Part shown: positions 1 through 10,265 of the stretch, in pieces
How positions within the stretch are numbered: the stretch's first letter is position 1
Layout: every line of letters starts with the position of its first letter
Source of the DNA: an uncultured bacterium
GTDB lineage: Bacteria > Oederibacteriota > PGYV01 > CAWJRG01
Direction of reading: 5' to 3'
Length of the DNA: 64,000 nucleotides
Assembly: GCA_963845185.1 (NCBI GenBank)
Contig: CAWJRG010000009.1
Span: forward strand, 128,001 to 192,000
The notes under the pieces: generated by a model
The model's database searches: none
Told to the model about the DNA's origin: nothing
What the model saw: the letters and a program-made list of their open reading frames with translations, nothing else
Program-made: the position numbers and the translations under genes

Positions 1-1
1 G

Positions 2-1126
2 GGCGGGATTGAAAAAACAGCAAGGGATGCGCGTTACAGGTTTTTTATCATGAGCGCGCGCAGATATAAAATAAATAAAATAGCCACGGCGCATACAAAA
101 GACGACAATATTGAAACTGTCCTGTTCAGGTTTATAAACGGTTCCGGCATTTCCGGGTTAAAGGGAATCCCTGCTCAAAGAAGGATAAAGCCCGGGGATT
201 TTGGATGCGATGATGCTTATTTAAAATATCCGGGGGTTTACATAATCAGGCCGTTGATTTCAATATATAAGAACGAACTCCTGCGGCACCTGAAAGAGAA
301 AAAAATAAAATACAATATAGACAGGACAAATCGCGGGGTTGCATTTGCGAGAAACAGGATACGGAACAGGCTGATACCGCTGATAGAAAAGGAATATAAC
401 AGAAATTTCAGGGAAAACCTGTCAAACGCGGCTCAAATTTTGACGGATGAAGATGAATATATGGAAGATATGGCCGGGAAACTGCTGCCGCCGGCAATAA
501 AAAAGACGGCCGGGAAAATCCAGCTTGATAAAAAGATAAAAAGTTTCCATAAAAGCATAAGGATGCGGATTATAAAACTTGTACTTGAAAATATTTTGGC
601 GCATAAAAGGAATATCAGCTTTAAATTGATCAGCGCAATAGACCGCCTGCTAAACAGCAGCAAAGATACTGCAGTGTCGCTGCCTGAGGGCGTCATGCTA
701 AAAACAGGCGGAGAAAAATTAAGTTTTACCAGGAATACCGTTGCCGGCAACAAGGTGAAAAAAATATTATTATACGCCGTTGGGAAAGGAAAAAATGTAT
801 CCGCCGGGGGTAGGAAACTGGAATTTAAAACAATAAAAACGCCGGGGAAAATCAGGTTCGGGGATAAATCAATTGCGTGGCTTGATGCTTCGAAAATCAA
901 GTTCCCGATTTGCGTGCGGGCAAGAGAACAAGGTGATAAATTCATGCCTTTCGGGCTTGATAAAAAAGTCAGGCTTAAGAAATATTTAAACTCGCATAAG
1001 ATGAAAGGCCCTGTAATAATCGTGAAAGACAGGGAAAAAATACTGTGGCTTGCCGGCGACAGGATTGATGAACGCTGCAAAATTGATGAAAATACGCGGA
1101 AGGTTCTGAAAATTACAATAGATTAA
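2..1126 (+). CDS. tilS: tRNA(Ile)-lysidine synthetase, 5'-truncated by the window edge
   Basis: The frame is open from nt 2: EKTARDARY...IATAHTKDDNIETVLFR...GSGISGLKGI...IIRPL...DRTN...RNRIRNRLIPLIE. It ends in a TilS_C-like segment (REQGDKFMPFG...LKKYL). Confidence 0.95.
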   Translation, partial: GGIEKTARDARYRFFIMSARRYKINKIATAHTKDDNIETVLFRFINGSGISGLKGIPAQRRIKPGDFGCDDAYLKYPGVYIIRPLISIYKNELLRHLKEKKIKYNIDRTNRGVAFARNRIRNRLIPLIEKEYNRNFRENLSNAAQILTDEDEYMEDMAGKLLPPAIKKTAGKIQLDKKIKSFHKSIRMRIIKLVLENILAHKRNISFKLISAIDRLLNSSKDTAVSLPEGVMLKTGGEKLSFTRNTVAGNKVKKILLYAVGKGKNVSAGGRKLEFKTIKTPGKIRFGDKSIAWLDASKIKFPICVRAREQGDKFMPFGLDKKVRLKKYLNSHKMKGPVIIVKDREKILWLAGDRIDERCKIDENTRKVLKITID

Positions 1127-2123
1127 AAGTGATATCGGCGTAAATATAACCGCTGTTTAAGTAAGTGTTGTCGGTGTAATGGGCCCTGAGAACCTCGAAT
1201 TTTAAGCCCGCATCAATACTCTTGAATGTTTCTTTCATCGCAAATGAATACATTGCCGACAGGGCAAAATCATGCGAAAAATCATTGCTGGCCGTATTGT
1301 AACTAAAAAAATAGCTGTCATAAGTGTAAGTGAAAGTAAGAGTTAAATCCCACATTTTTTTCGACAGGCCTGTGTAAATAGTGCCATTCAAAAATTGTAT
1401 CGCTGATTTCAATGTCTGGGAGGCCTTATTTGTATTCAGCGATGTACCCGTCGCATCGACAACCTTTTGCGCGTTGAAATCATAGCTGTCCTTTGTCGCG
1501 CCAAGCCATGTATAAAAATCAAGGGGAAGGCCTGAGTTAATGCTTAAATCATTTATTGTATTGTTGAAGGATTTATCGTAAAAGGTATCGTTTATTGTAC
1601 CAGAATAACCTAGGGGCCCGGTGAAGGTAATGTTTGCTTTTGTTATAAGCTTTTCAGGGTTTCGCGACAGATAATAATCCACGGACGGGATATAATCCTC
1701 AAGGAACGGCAGGTCATAGGAAAGGCCCCCTTTAAATGTATTTGTCGTAAGAATTATTGGGACATTCACACTTGCCTTAACCGCAGTGGCGACACCTTTT
1801 ATTGTTACTGAAGTTTCAGTGACAGCTTGATAAAGCGCATAAGTCCTGGAACCGTTATAATTATAGTTAAAAGACAAGGTGAGAGGCTCTACGATATTAT
1901 AATAAATCGTTCCGCCGCCGCCAATGGACCCGTCTGCAGTGTTGGCCCTTGACGCGGACAGCGTCAGTAAATAATCAATTTCTTTTGATGCCGAATTCTT
2001 GAAAGTCAGGGTATCTATAAAGTAATGTAACGGGCCGACGCCGGCTTCTTCATCAATATAACCAGCATTAACACAAGTGAAAGTCCCTGTTACTAAAATA
2101 AGAAAAAGGATAAATTTTTTCAT
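1113..2123 (-). CDS. Hypothetical exported protein, probable outer-membrane beta-barrel
   Basis: ATG at 2123 follows AGGAG. Signal peptide MKKFILFLILVTG. Alternating aromatic beta-strands, with a C-terminus (GYIYADITFNLL) resembling a beta-signal. Confidence 0.65.
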   Translation of the reverse strand: MKKFILFLILVTGTFTCVNAGYIDEEAGVGPLHYFIDTLTFKNSASKEIDYLLTLSASRANTADGSIGGGGTIYYNIVEPLTLSFNYNYNGSRTYALYQAVTETSVTIKGVATAVKASVNVPIILTTNTFKGGLSYDLPFLEDYIPSVDYYLSRNPEKLITKANITFTGPLGYSGTINDTFYDKSFNNTINDLSINSGLPLDFYTWLGATKDSYDFNAQKVVDATGTSLNTNKASQTLKSAIQFLNGTIYTGLSKKMWDLTLTFTYTYDSYFFSYNTASNDFSHDFALSAMYSFAMKETFKSIDAGLKFEVLRAHYTDNTYLNSGYIYADITFNLL

Positions 2124-2900
2124 GAATAAACTCCTTTTTAGACAAAAATATTTGTAAATCAAAAGAATTATATAGAAACAACTTAAATAAGCAATTAAAA
2201 TCTTTTATTTTTGACGTTTGGAGCGCGCGAATTGTTTACAGTATATTGCCGGGGAATTGAGTTTTGTCTTATTGCAGAGGCTTTTTTGATTCAAGAATTC
2301 AGTCGGAAAAAAGTAGAATCCGCCAATTTATTTAATTTAAAAAATTTATAAAATTTGCTCAAGTGCAAGAACTTATAAAAGATATAACAAACATATAACG
2401 TAATAATGTGCCTTTTGGCGCATTATGAAATAATTGACATAAAAATTACATTTATTTATCAATGATTTTGAGGAGGCATAGAAAATGCTTAATTATAAAA
2501 TGGGAAAAAGAAAGGCATAAAGATTAGATATGGAGAATTAAAATGAATAAAGAAAAAATTTTGGAGACAAATAATTGCAGGAAAAACAGTATTAGGGTGC
2601 CTGGGTTAATGGCTCACAAAGACAACATTATTCGGCATATGCTGTTTAAAATAAAAAACGAAAATATTTCGGGCTGGTTTTCATATTATATAAACGAAAG
2701 CCATCAGTTAAAAAATTCACAGGCTCACCTGGTTCTTACAATTATAATAAGCTTTTGCATTAGGCATTTTGTGAAGGCAATAATAAAGATTTTACACATG
2801 CCGCAGGCTGAAATGCATATTTTAACTACGCAATTAAACGCATATTGCAAGAAATACCTTTATAAATATAGCGTATTTAAAAATATTGTTAATTTTCTGC

Positions 2901-2929
2901 TTGATTTTATTCAAGTTTTTGTTTATGAT
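2901..2929 (+). promoter_or_regulatory. Putative sigma70 promoter for the large cargo/PorV unit
   Basis: TTGATT-17 bp-TATGAT, about 70 nt upstream of ATG 2999 (SD AGGAGG at 2984-2989). Confidence 0.5.
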
Positions 2930-2998
2930 TATTACAAAGTATATTGTTATTTGAAGTAGTTGTTTATAGTTTACTGCATACGCAGGAGGTTGTATATA

Positions 2999-5900
2999 AT
3001 GAGAAAAAAGATGACGAAATTTATCTTCTTGACTGCAATATTTATACTGTTTGCTTCGGCGATTTTCGCATTGACACCGAAAATTATAGTGGTGGCGCCA
3101 GGCGAAAGCTTTACAACAGGCTCTGGAAAATCGGGCACGCCATTACCCCAGACAGCAGGAGTATATTTTAACGTTACTGTTTACACAATAGACCAGGATA
3201 CATGGCAATATTACAATAACGGCGGTTCACAACAAGCCAGCATGACAGCATCCAACGTGAACGTAACTTTCCAGCCGCAAAGGCCGGTTATTAACCAGAC
3301 AGTTTCAAGCACGCAAGACTGCGCATATTACCCTGTAAGCACTTTGGCAAGCACAAGTATAGGTTCGTCGCAATATGTTACCATTACCAGCCAGGACGGC
3401 AGCAGCGTTGGTTACACCCCTATAACAGCCAGCAATTCTATCATACATATTTTTGACATAGCTTCTTATGCGTTTACAACAATAACAACCCAGACAGTAA
3501 CAACCCAGGCAGTAAGCAATCCTATTCAGGTTACGATAACAGCTTATGACTCAAACGGCGCCACGGTGACGTCATTTAATGGCCAGGCAAATTTAACAGC
3601 TTATTATACAGGCGGGAACGGTGATGCTACAGTTTCGCTGGGAGCCATTAATTTTACAAACGGCAAGTATATAGGTTCTTTTACCCTGGCCCAGTCAACA
3701 GCATCAGGGGAGACAGTTTACATACAATGCTCTTCAACCACTCCTCCTATCTCAAGCAATAATATCAGCAACCGCTTCTCGGTAAACCCGGGAGCTTTTT
3801 ACCAGCTTTTAATAATAGGGCCAGGACAGACATTTGCGCCGGGCAACCAGTTATTAAACGGCAGAGTCGGCGGCTCCACACAGACAAACACAGAGATGGC
3901 AGGCGTGCCTTTTTATGTTACGGTTTATGCCTGTGACGAGAACTGGAATAACATAACAGGCAATTCGAGCTGGGTTACCATGACTTCCACTGATTCGACT
4001 TACACTACATCTTCATTTGCGCTCGTAGCAGGCTTTAAAATTGTCCCAATTACTTTGGATACAGTAGGGGCGTTAGCACAGCAAAGCCTGATATCGCAAA
4101 GCATTAGCGTAACATCAAATACAGATTTTGTACCCATGACTTATAACAGCCTCGCAAGTTTTGCTTTCCAGCAAATAGGCACCCAGAGCGCAAGCCAGGC
4201 ATTCAGGGTTTCGATAACCGCGCTTGACGCTTATGGAAATACAGTCGGTAACTTTAGCAACAGCGTAAACCTTACAGCTTTAAGCGGCGGGGTAGCCATG
4301 AGTTCAGGACAATGGTCGCCGACAAGTGTTACATTCGCAAACGGGATATGGCAAGGCAATGTCATAATAAGAAGAATTTCGGTTCAGGCAACTTTGCAGG
4401 CGAGTTACAGTGGCACAACAGGAACAAGCAATATTTTTCAGGTCAACGCAGGCGTGGAGACTAAAATAGTGGTTACCGGGCCATCAACAGCAGTTGCCGG
4501 CAATCCGGTATTGATGAATGTTTATGTGTCTGACGCAAATGGGAATACAGTGGCTACAGGAGCAGGAAGCAGCGATATTATACAGATTACATCCACTGAC
4601 GCCCTTGCCACTATTGGAGGCCAGGCTTTGCCGCAATACGTGACACTTTCAGGAGGCGTCGGGTCTTTTAATATAGTCATGGGCACAGTAGGCACAGGGC
4701 CGCAGACTATCACAGGCACAGATAAGACAACGTCTCTTACTACGGGGAACGCCAACATCAGCGTGACTCCGGGCACCATGAGTTCTGTAGTATTTTCAAA
4801 CATAGGGAATCAGACAGCAGGCATTGCGGTCTCAGGCGGCATCACCATAACAACAGAAGACAAGTACGGCAATGCAACTCCGTATTCGGGGCTTTTGTAT
4901 GTTTCATCGCCTTTGACTGACTGGACAAATCCAAACGCGACGACAATATCAATAACAGCAGGCGGAAATAATAATGTATTTTTTGTCCAGCAGGAATACG
5001 CAGTAAGTTTTACAAGCCAGAGCTCGGCAGTTGTCGGATGCACATTTCACAGGGCCACTTACCCGCAATCAATAAGCATATTCGCGAGCACTCTTATTAC
5101 CGACGCTTTTTCTTCCACTCCGACAGGCCATCTTGGATGGAGCAACAGTTTCACGGTCAGCACAGGCGCCTCGTTTCAGTTGCAGGTTTTAGTGCCTGGC
5201 ATGAATGCAAGGCCTGGCACTGCCACTGGTTATTATGGACAGCCAACAGCAGAGGGAGTAAGCGTGCCTATTACAGTAACAGTGAACATGGTGGATAGCT
5301 GGTACAATATTACAAGTTCAACTGACCTTATTAGCCTCGACACAACTGACGATACTCATGCAGGGTCATCACCACCAGTGGGCCTTCCGATTTCAGGCCC
5401 GATTGGGACATACTACATATATGATGCTCAACCTAGCTCTGATTTTCAAATTATTGCAGCTGACTCTTCTCATCCTGTCACAATAGCGCAAGGCGAAACT
5501 CCATATATTACAATATTTAATATAAGCCAATTAATAGTTTCTGTTCCTACTGTCGGCACCCAGACTGTCGACCAGATGGCAGGCGTTGCTTTCTATATAA
5601 CTATAACAGCGTATTCTGCTTATCCAGTAACTGCAACCACATTTAACGGTACAGTAAATCTGGCTTCATCAACCAATTACAGCGCTTCCTTATATGTCAT
5701 AAGCCCGACTATATCAGCACAGTTTGTCAACGGTGTATGTGGCATGTGGATTACGGTTTACAAGGCAGATTCAACATACATAACCGGCAAACAAGTATTG
5801 CTGGAAGCAACACTGGGAAATGTTACAACTTACAGCAATCCTATCAATGTTGTGCCAAATGTCGGCACAAAAATAATGATTCTTGCTGACGGTATGTCAC

Positions 5901-8405
5901 CCGAACCGGGTTTATATGCTGTAGGAATCCCGGGATATGCAGGATACAGCGGTTCGCCAAATACAGAGATAGCAGGCAGGGCTTTTCCCATTGTGGTTCA
6001 AATAGTGGATGCCTATTATAACGGGGTAACCACAGTCTCAAATACAATAACTATTAATTCTACTGATACGCAGGCGCAGATAACTGATATTGGGACCCTG
6101 CCGCAAAGTAATATTCCAATAACTAATGGATACTTTACTGACGCGAACATGGTATTAAAAACAGTGGGCGCAAACGGGTTTCAGACCATTACAGTTCAAG
6201 ATTCAAATGTCAGCATTGGCTCAAACACAACGCCGAATATATATTTGCAGCACGCCGCACTGGCAGGATTTACAGTAGCGGCGCCGCCAGGCCCAATACT
6301 TGCGGGACAGTCTTTTAATATTAATGTAACAGCGGTTGACGCTTACGGCAATACTCTGGACAATGGCCAGGGCGCTACAGCATTTCCTGCCAATGACCCG
6401 GTAACCCTGAACGCTATTACCGGCGCAAATACCATATATCCGCTGCAGACATTTCTTTCAAACGGCACGATACAGGTACTCGTTACATTGTATGCATCAG
6501 GCTTGGATACAATTACAGCAAGCTGGGGAGGCAAATCCGGCACGAGTTTAGGGACTCAAATAAATGCGAATGTTTTCTATAGGCTGTGGATTGAAGGACT
6601 TGGAATGGCGCAAAATCCCGGAGTTTATTCTTTCGTGCCCCCGAGCGCTTATGGTTATAGTGATTTTTTAATGTATATTGGCATGCCTGTAACACGGTCA
6701 GTAAACGACAACAGTAATTCACCAAGCGGGTGGCCTTTTGAAGTTTACGCTGTTGATGAATATGGAAACCTGACAACTACAGGTGCTGATAATATACAAC
6801 TTATAACAAACGACCCTTACGCAATACCTGTGACAATCACGCCGATATCAGGAGACGTGGCGCCATTTCTCGTTATTTTTCATACTGCAATGGCAGGTGT
6901 AAGCGTTTCGGCAATTGATTTGAGCAATCCGGCAATCCTAGGATTTACAACTCCGGGATTCCCGACTACAGCCGGAGCTCCTTACGGCTTGCAGATAGTG
7001 CCCCCGGGAGAATATGTCTTGGCAGGCTCAGGCGGCATAGGAGCATATGGACTATGGAACAACGGCGTAACAGGCGTGGCAGATGCCCAGATTACCGGCA
7101 CTTATTTCCCTGTGTCAGTGCTGGCGTGTGACCAATTCGGCAATTTTACGTCAGGGGATAATAATGACGTTGTAGAAGTTACATGTACTGATTTATCACC
7201 TGCGATTCCAAATACAGGCACTCCTTTATTCGTTACTGTGGAGGCAGGCATCACAACATTTACAGCAAGGCTTATAACAGCTCACAGTTCACAGGTCATA
7301 ACTCTGGATGATTATACAAACAGCGTCACCATGAATCACAATCCGCTGTCGTTCGCATCCATAAGGGTTATTCAAAGCAGCGATTTAGTTTACAAAATAA
7401 TAGTAAATGGCGTATCAAATGTAACAGGAACAGAATCCGTGACTGTGACTGCTTATCCCGCGACTTTTAATGTGGAAGTTGAGCTGGTGGATGGAGTATC
7501 AGGCTTGCCGGTATCAGGCCTAAATGATGCCTTCGGGTTATATCCGGTGCTTGCTTCAAACTTAAACGCGCAAGGGCATGGCACTCTTGGAGTACAATTA
7601 GGCCAATTCCCACCGGGATTCCAGGGTGCAGTATGGCAGATAACAGGAACAGCAGGGGAAACATATACTGACTCTGAATCTATAAGGATATTTGTATCAG
7701 ACCAGACTAATACAAATGTGGATTCAGCATATTCGTGCAAGATAATTGTCGGAGCAAACCCGGCTACAGCCACGTTTACCCTGACAGCCAATCCGCCAAA
7801 TATCAGGGCAAATACTTCTTCGGTTATAAGCGCGCACCTTGTGGACGGAAACGGGAACCCGATAGTAGGCCAGACAGTTAACTTTTACATTTCGCAGGGC
7901 ACAGGCTCTCTGTCAACGTCCACGGCAAGTACGACAGCCCAGTACGGCGGCGGTTACCAGGACGCTTTCGGTTGACTTTATAGGATCTTTTGTAAACGGC
8001 AAGACTTCGGTTGTAGGATGGTTCCCCACATCAGCCGGGCCAAAATATGAAACAGTGACCGTGTCTGTATCACTTGTGGACCCGATAGACGGGGTTGTGT
8101 CGAATTATCCAAACCCGTTCAGGGCAGGTTTTGAATCCACAAATATTTCCTGGCTCATGACCACGCCAAACGACGTGAGCGTAAATATATATAATTTATT
8201 CGGAGACCTTGTGTACAAGACCTCGCTGACAAAACAGCAGGTGGACTCGCTCATACAAAATGAAGGGAATGTGGTTACCATACAATGGAACGGCAAGAAC
8301 AACAGGGGCCAGGTCGTGGGCAACGGCGGTTATATACTCATAGTGAATACGATAATAGACGGCCTGCCCAAGAAAATGGCCAGGAAGATAGCGGTGGCGA
8401 AATGA
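2999..8405 (+). CDS. Large secreted Ig-repeat (invasin/Big-like) surface protein with T9SS-type/FlgD-Ig C-terminal domain; split by a 1-nt frameshift near 7966-7968
   Basis: Signal peptide and about 10 repeats of VxxxDxxGN (VTITAYDSNG, VSITALDAYGN, VTAVDAYGN, VYAVDEYGN...). Removing one T joins ORF 2960-7975 to ORF 8055-8405 (DASVDFIGSF...NYPNPF...WNGKNNRGQVVGNGGY...KIAVAK). Confidence 0.8.
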
Positions 8406-8413
8406 TAATAATA

Positions 8414-8481
8414 AGTTTCCGGTTAACGGTTTAGAGTTTCCGGTCAAAGAGACAGTGAATAGGGAACTGGAAACTGGAAAC
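8414..8481. repeat. Heptamer tandem repeats forming an imperfect inverted repeat
   Basis: AGTTTCC GGTTAAC GGTTTAG AGTTTCC ... GAACTGG AAACTGG AAAC. The left and right arms are complementary. Confidence 0.65.
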
Positions 8482-8503
8482 ATAATATGAAGGAGGAAGA
8501 TAA

Positions 8504-9750
8504 ATGAAAAGATTACTGGCTGTAACAGCAGCAATATTGATACTGACAACCTTTGCTTTCGCGGCAGGGGATTACGGCACGCCGGGCGAGTTTCTGAACT
8601 GGGGCGCAGGCGCAAGGGCGCTGGGCATGGGTAGGGCATTTACCGGCCTGGCCGATGACGTGGCTGCCATTTATTATAACCCGGCAGGACTGGCGCAGCA
8701 AAACCCTTTCCAGATTTCGCTTATGCATGTGACTTTGTTTTACGACACCATGTACGATTTCGCCGCGGCGAGTTACCCGGTTTCAGGCATAGGGACTTTT
8801 GGCCTGGCTTACATAAGGCTCGGTCCACGAATTTTGACGGCAGGGATGAGAACTGGAACTCAACAGGCACCAACCAGTCAATATCAGACCAGGCCGTGAT
8901 ACTCTGCTACGCCAAGGACGTGCTTTCAAATTTAAGCGTGGGCATAAACCTGAAAGTGGTAAATGAAAGTGTTTTCAGTTACAGCGGCGCAGGGTTTGGA
9001 GCGGATATTGGCCTGCTTTTTTACCCGAACGAATACATAAATATCGGCCTTGACGTAATGAACGCGGTGCCGACTTCAATCAAGCTGCAGGACCAGGCTG
9101 AGGTACTGCCGCTTACAATAAAAGCCGGCATAGCATTGAAACTGCTGGGCGAGAGGATAATCCCGGTGGTGGATGTCCAGAAGGAAATGGATAATAAGGA
9201 TGTAAAGTTCATGTTCGGGCTCGAGGGATACCCGGCCCAGTTTATGGCCCTGCGCATAGGAATGGACGAGACCGAGCAGCTTACCGTGGGCGCAGGGGTA
9301 AATTTCATGAAATATTATAAAATCGACTACTCGTTTTCATCGGAAGCGCTCGGATATTCGCACAGGCTTTCGCTTACGATGGCTTTTGGAGGGTTTGACG
9401 TGAACCTGGCCGCGGACCCGAAGATATTCTCGCCTGTGGGAATAAGAAAGATAACTACCATTTCCATATACGCCATGACCAAATATGAAATCACGGAATG
9501 GGAGCTGGATGTAATAAACGAGGACGGCGACGTCGTGAGGACATACAGCGGCGAGGAAAAACCGCCTGCTTCGGTCATGTGGGACGGCAAGGACGACAGG
9601 GGGCTGCCTGTAGGCGACGGCGAGTATGTATGCCAGATGAAAGTCAAGGATAAGAACGGGAAAGAAATCAAGTCAAACGACGAAAAGGTAAAAGTGTCAA
9701 GCGCCCTGCCAATGCAGCCGGGCAACCTGGAAATACAGCAGGAGCAGTAA
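8504..9750 (+). CDS. PorV/PorQ-family (UPF0164-like) outer-membrane barrel with C-terminal FlgD-Ig-like module; 1-nt frameshift near 8822-8823
   Basis: Signal peptide and family motif GAGARALGMGRAFTGLADDVAAIYYNPAGL. Adding one base joins ORFs 8504-8899 and 8896-9750 (LG-STNFDGRDENWNSTG...AVILCY). The barrel end KIDYSFS...GYSHRLSL is followed by WELDVINEDGDVVRTY...WDGKDDRG. Confidence 0.85.
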
Positions 9751-9775
9751 ATAATAAAAAACCGTGTTTATAAAG

Positions 9776-9806
9776 AATTCCTCTCCCAAACAAGGGGAGA
9801 GGAATT
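9776..9806. repeat. CCTCTCCC/GGGAGAGG-type palindrome (REP-like or terminator hairpin)
   Basis: Perfect 12-bp stem AATTCCTCTCCC-AAACAAG-GGGAGAGGAATT, 26 nt after the stop at 9750. Confidence 0.7.
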
Positions 9807-9815
9807 GTTATTAAC

Positions 9816-9845
9816 TTGAAACCATAATATAGTTCATTGTATAAT
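9816..9845 (+). promoter_or_regulatory. Putative sigma70 promoter upstream of the hairpin cluster and TPR-exbBDD-tonB operon
   Basis: TTGAAA-18 bp-TATAAT. Confidence 0.5.
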
Positions 9846-9905
9846 AGGGTATATAAAAATAACCGGAACAAAAAGAAACAAACGGTATCTTAATGAATAA
9901 GAAGA

Positions 9906-10250
9906 TTATACCGCTTGTTCTCGGCCTGGCGGCCTCGAACTTGAGCGGCTTGACAGAGTTTGATTTTGCAAGTGTCAACAGCGAAGCAAAATCATTACTC
10001 TGACAAGTCCATGCGAAGCATGGAGTATAAATAATAAATGATGACTAACACCGCTTGTCCTCGGCTAAGAGCCTCGGACTGGAGCGGGTGTAAGATTTCG
10101 TAATACTTTGCCTGCGCCTGTTGACGGCTTGGCAAAGTAAACGCTTGGTTAATACCGCTTGTTCTCGGCCTTGTGGCCTCGAACTTGAGCGGGTATAAGA
10201 TAGCGTAATATTTTGTCGTCGTTTTTGGCTTGACAAAATAAACGCTATCT
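9906..10250. repeat. Three tandem copies of a structured two-hairpin element (REP/REPIN-like or ncRNA)
   Basis: Hairpin A (AYACCGCTTGTYCTCGGC..GCCTCGRACTKGAGCGG) starts at ~9908, 10048 and 10152. Each copy is followed by a long hairpin B, with compensatory substitutions between copies. Confidence 0.85.
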
Positions 10251-10265
10251 AAAAAGGAGAAGGAT

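Noticed and set aside
2543..2959. 138-aa ORF
   Set aside because: Very AT-rich, no recognisable motif, and it runs through the predicted promoter of the next gene. Not excluded, but unsupported.
9906..10250. CRISPR array interpretation of the three ~42-nt repeats
   Set aside because: The repeats are not identical, spacing is irregular (140 and 104 nt), the 'spacers' are themselves related hairpins, and no cas genes are present.
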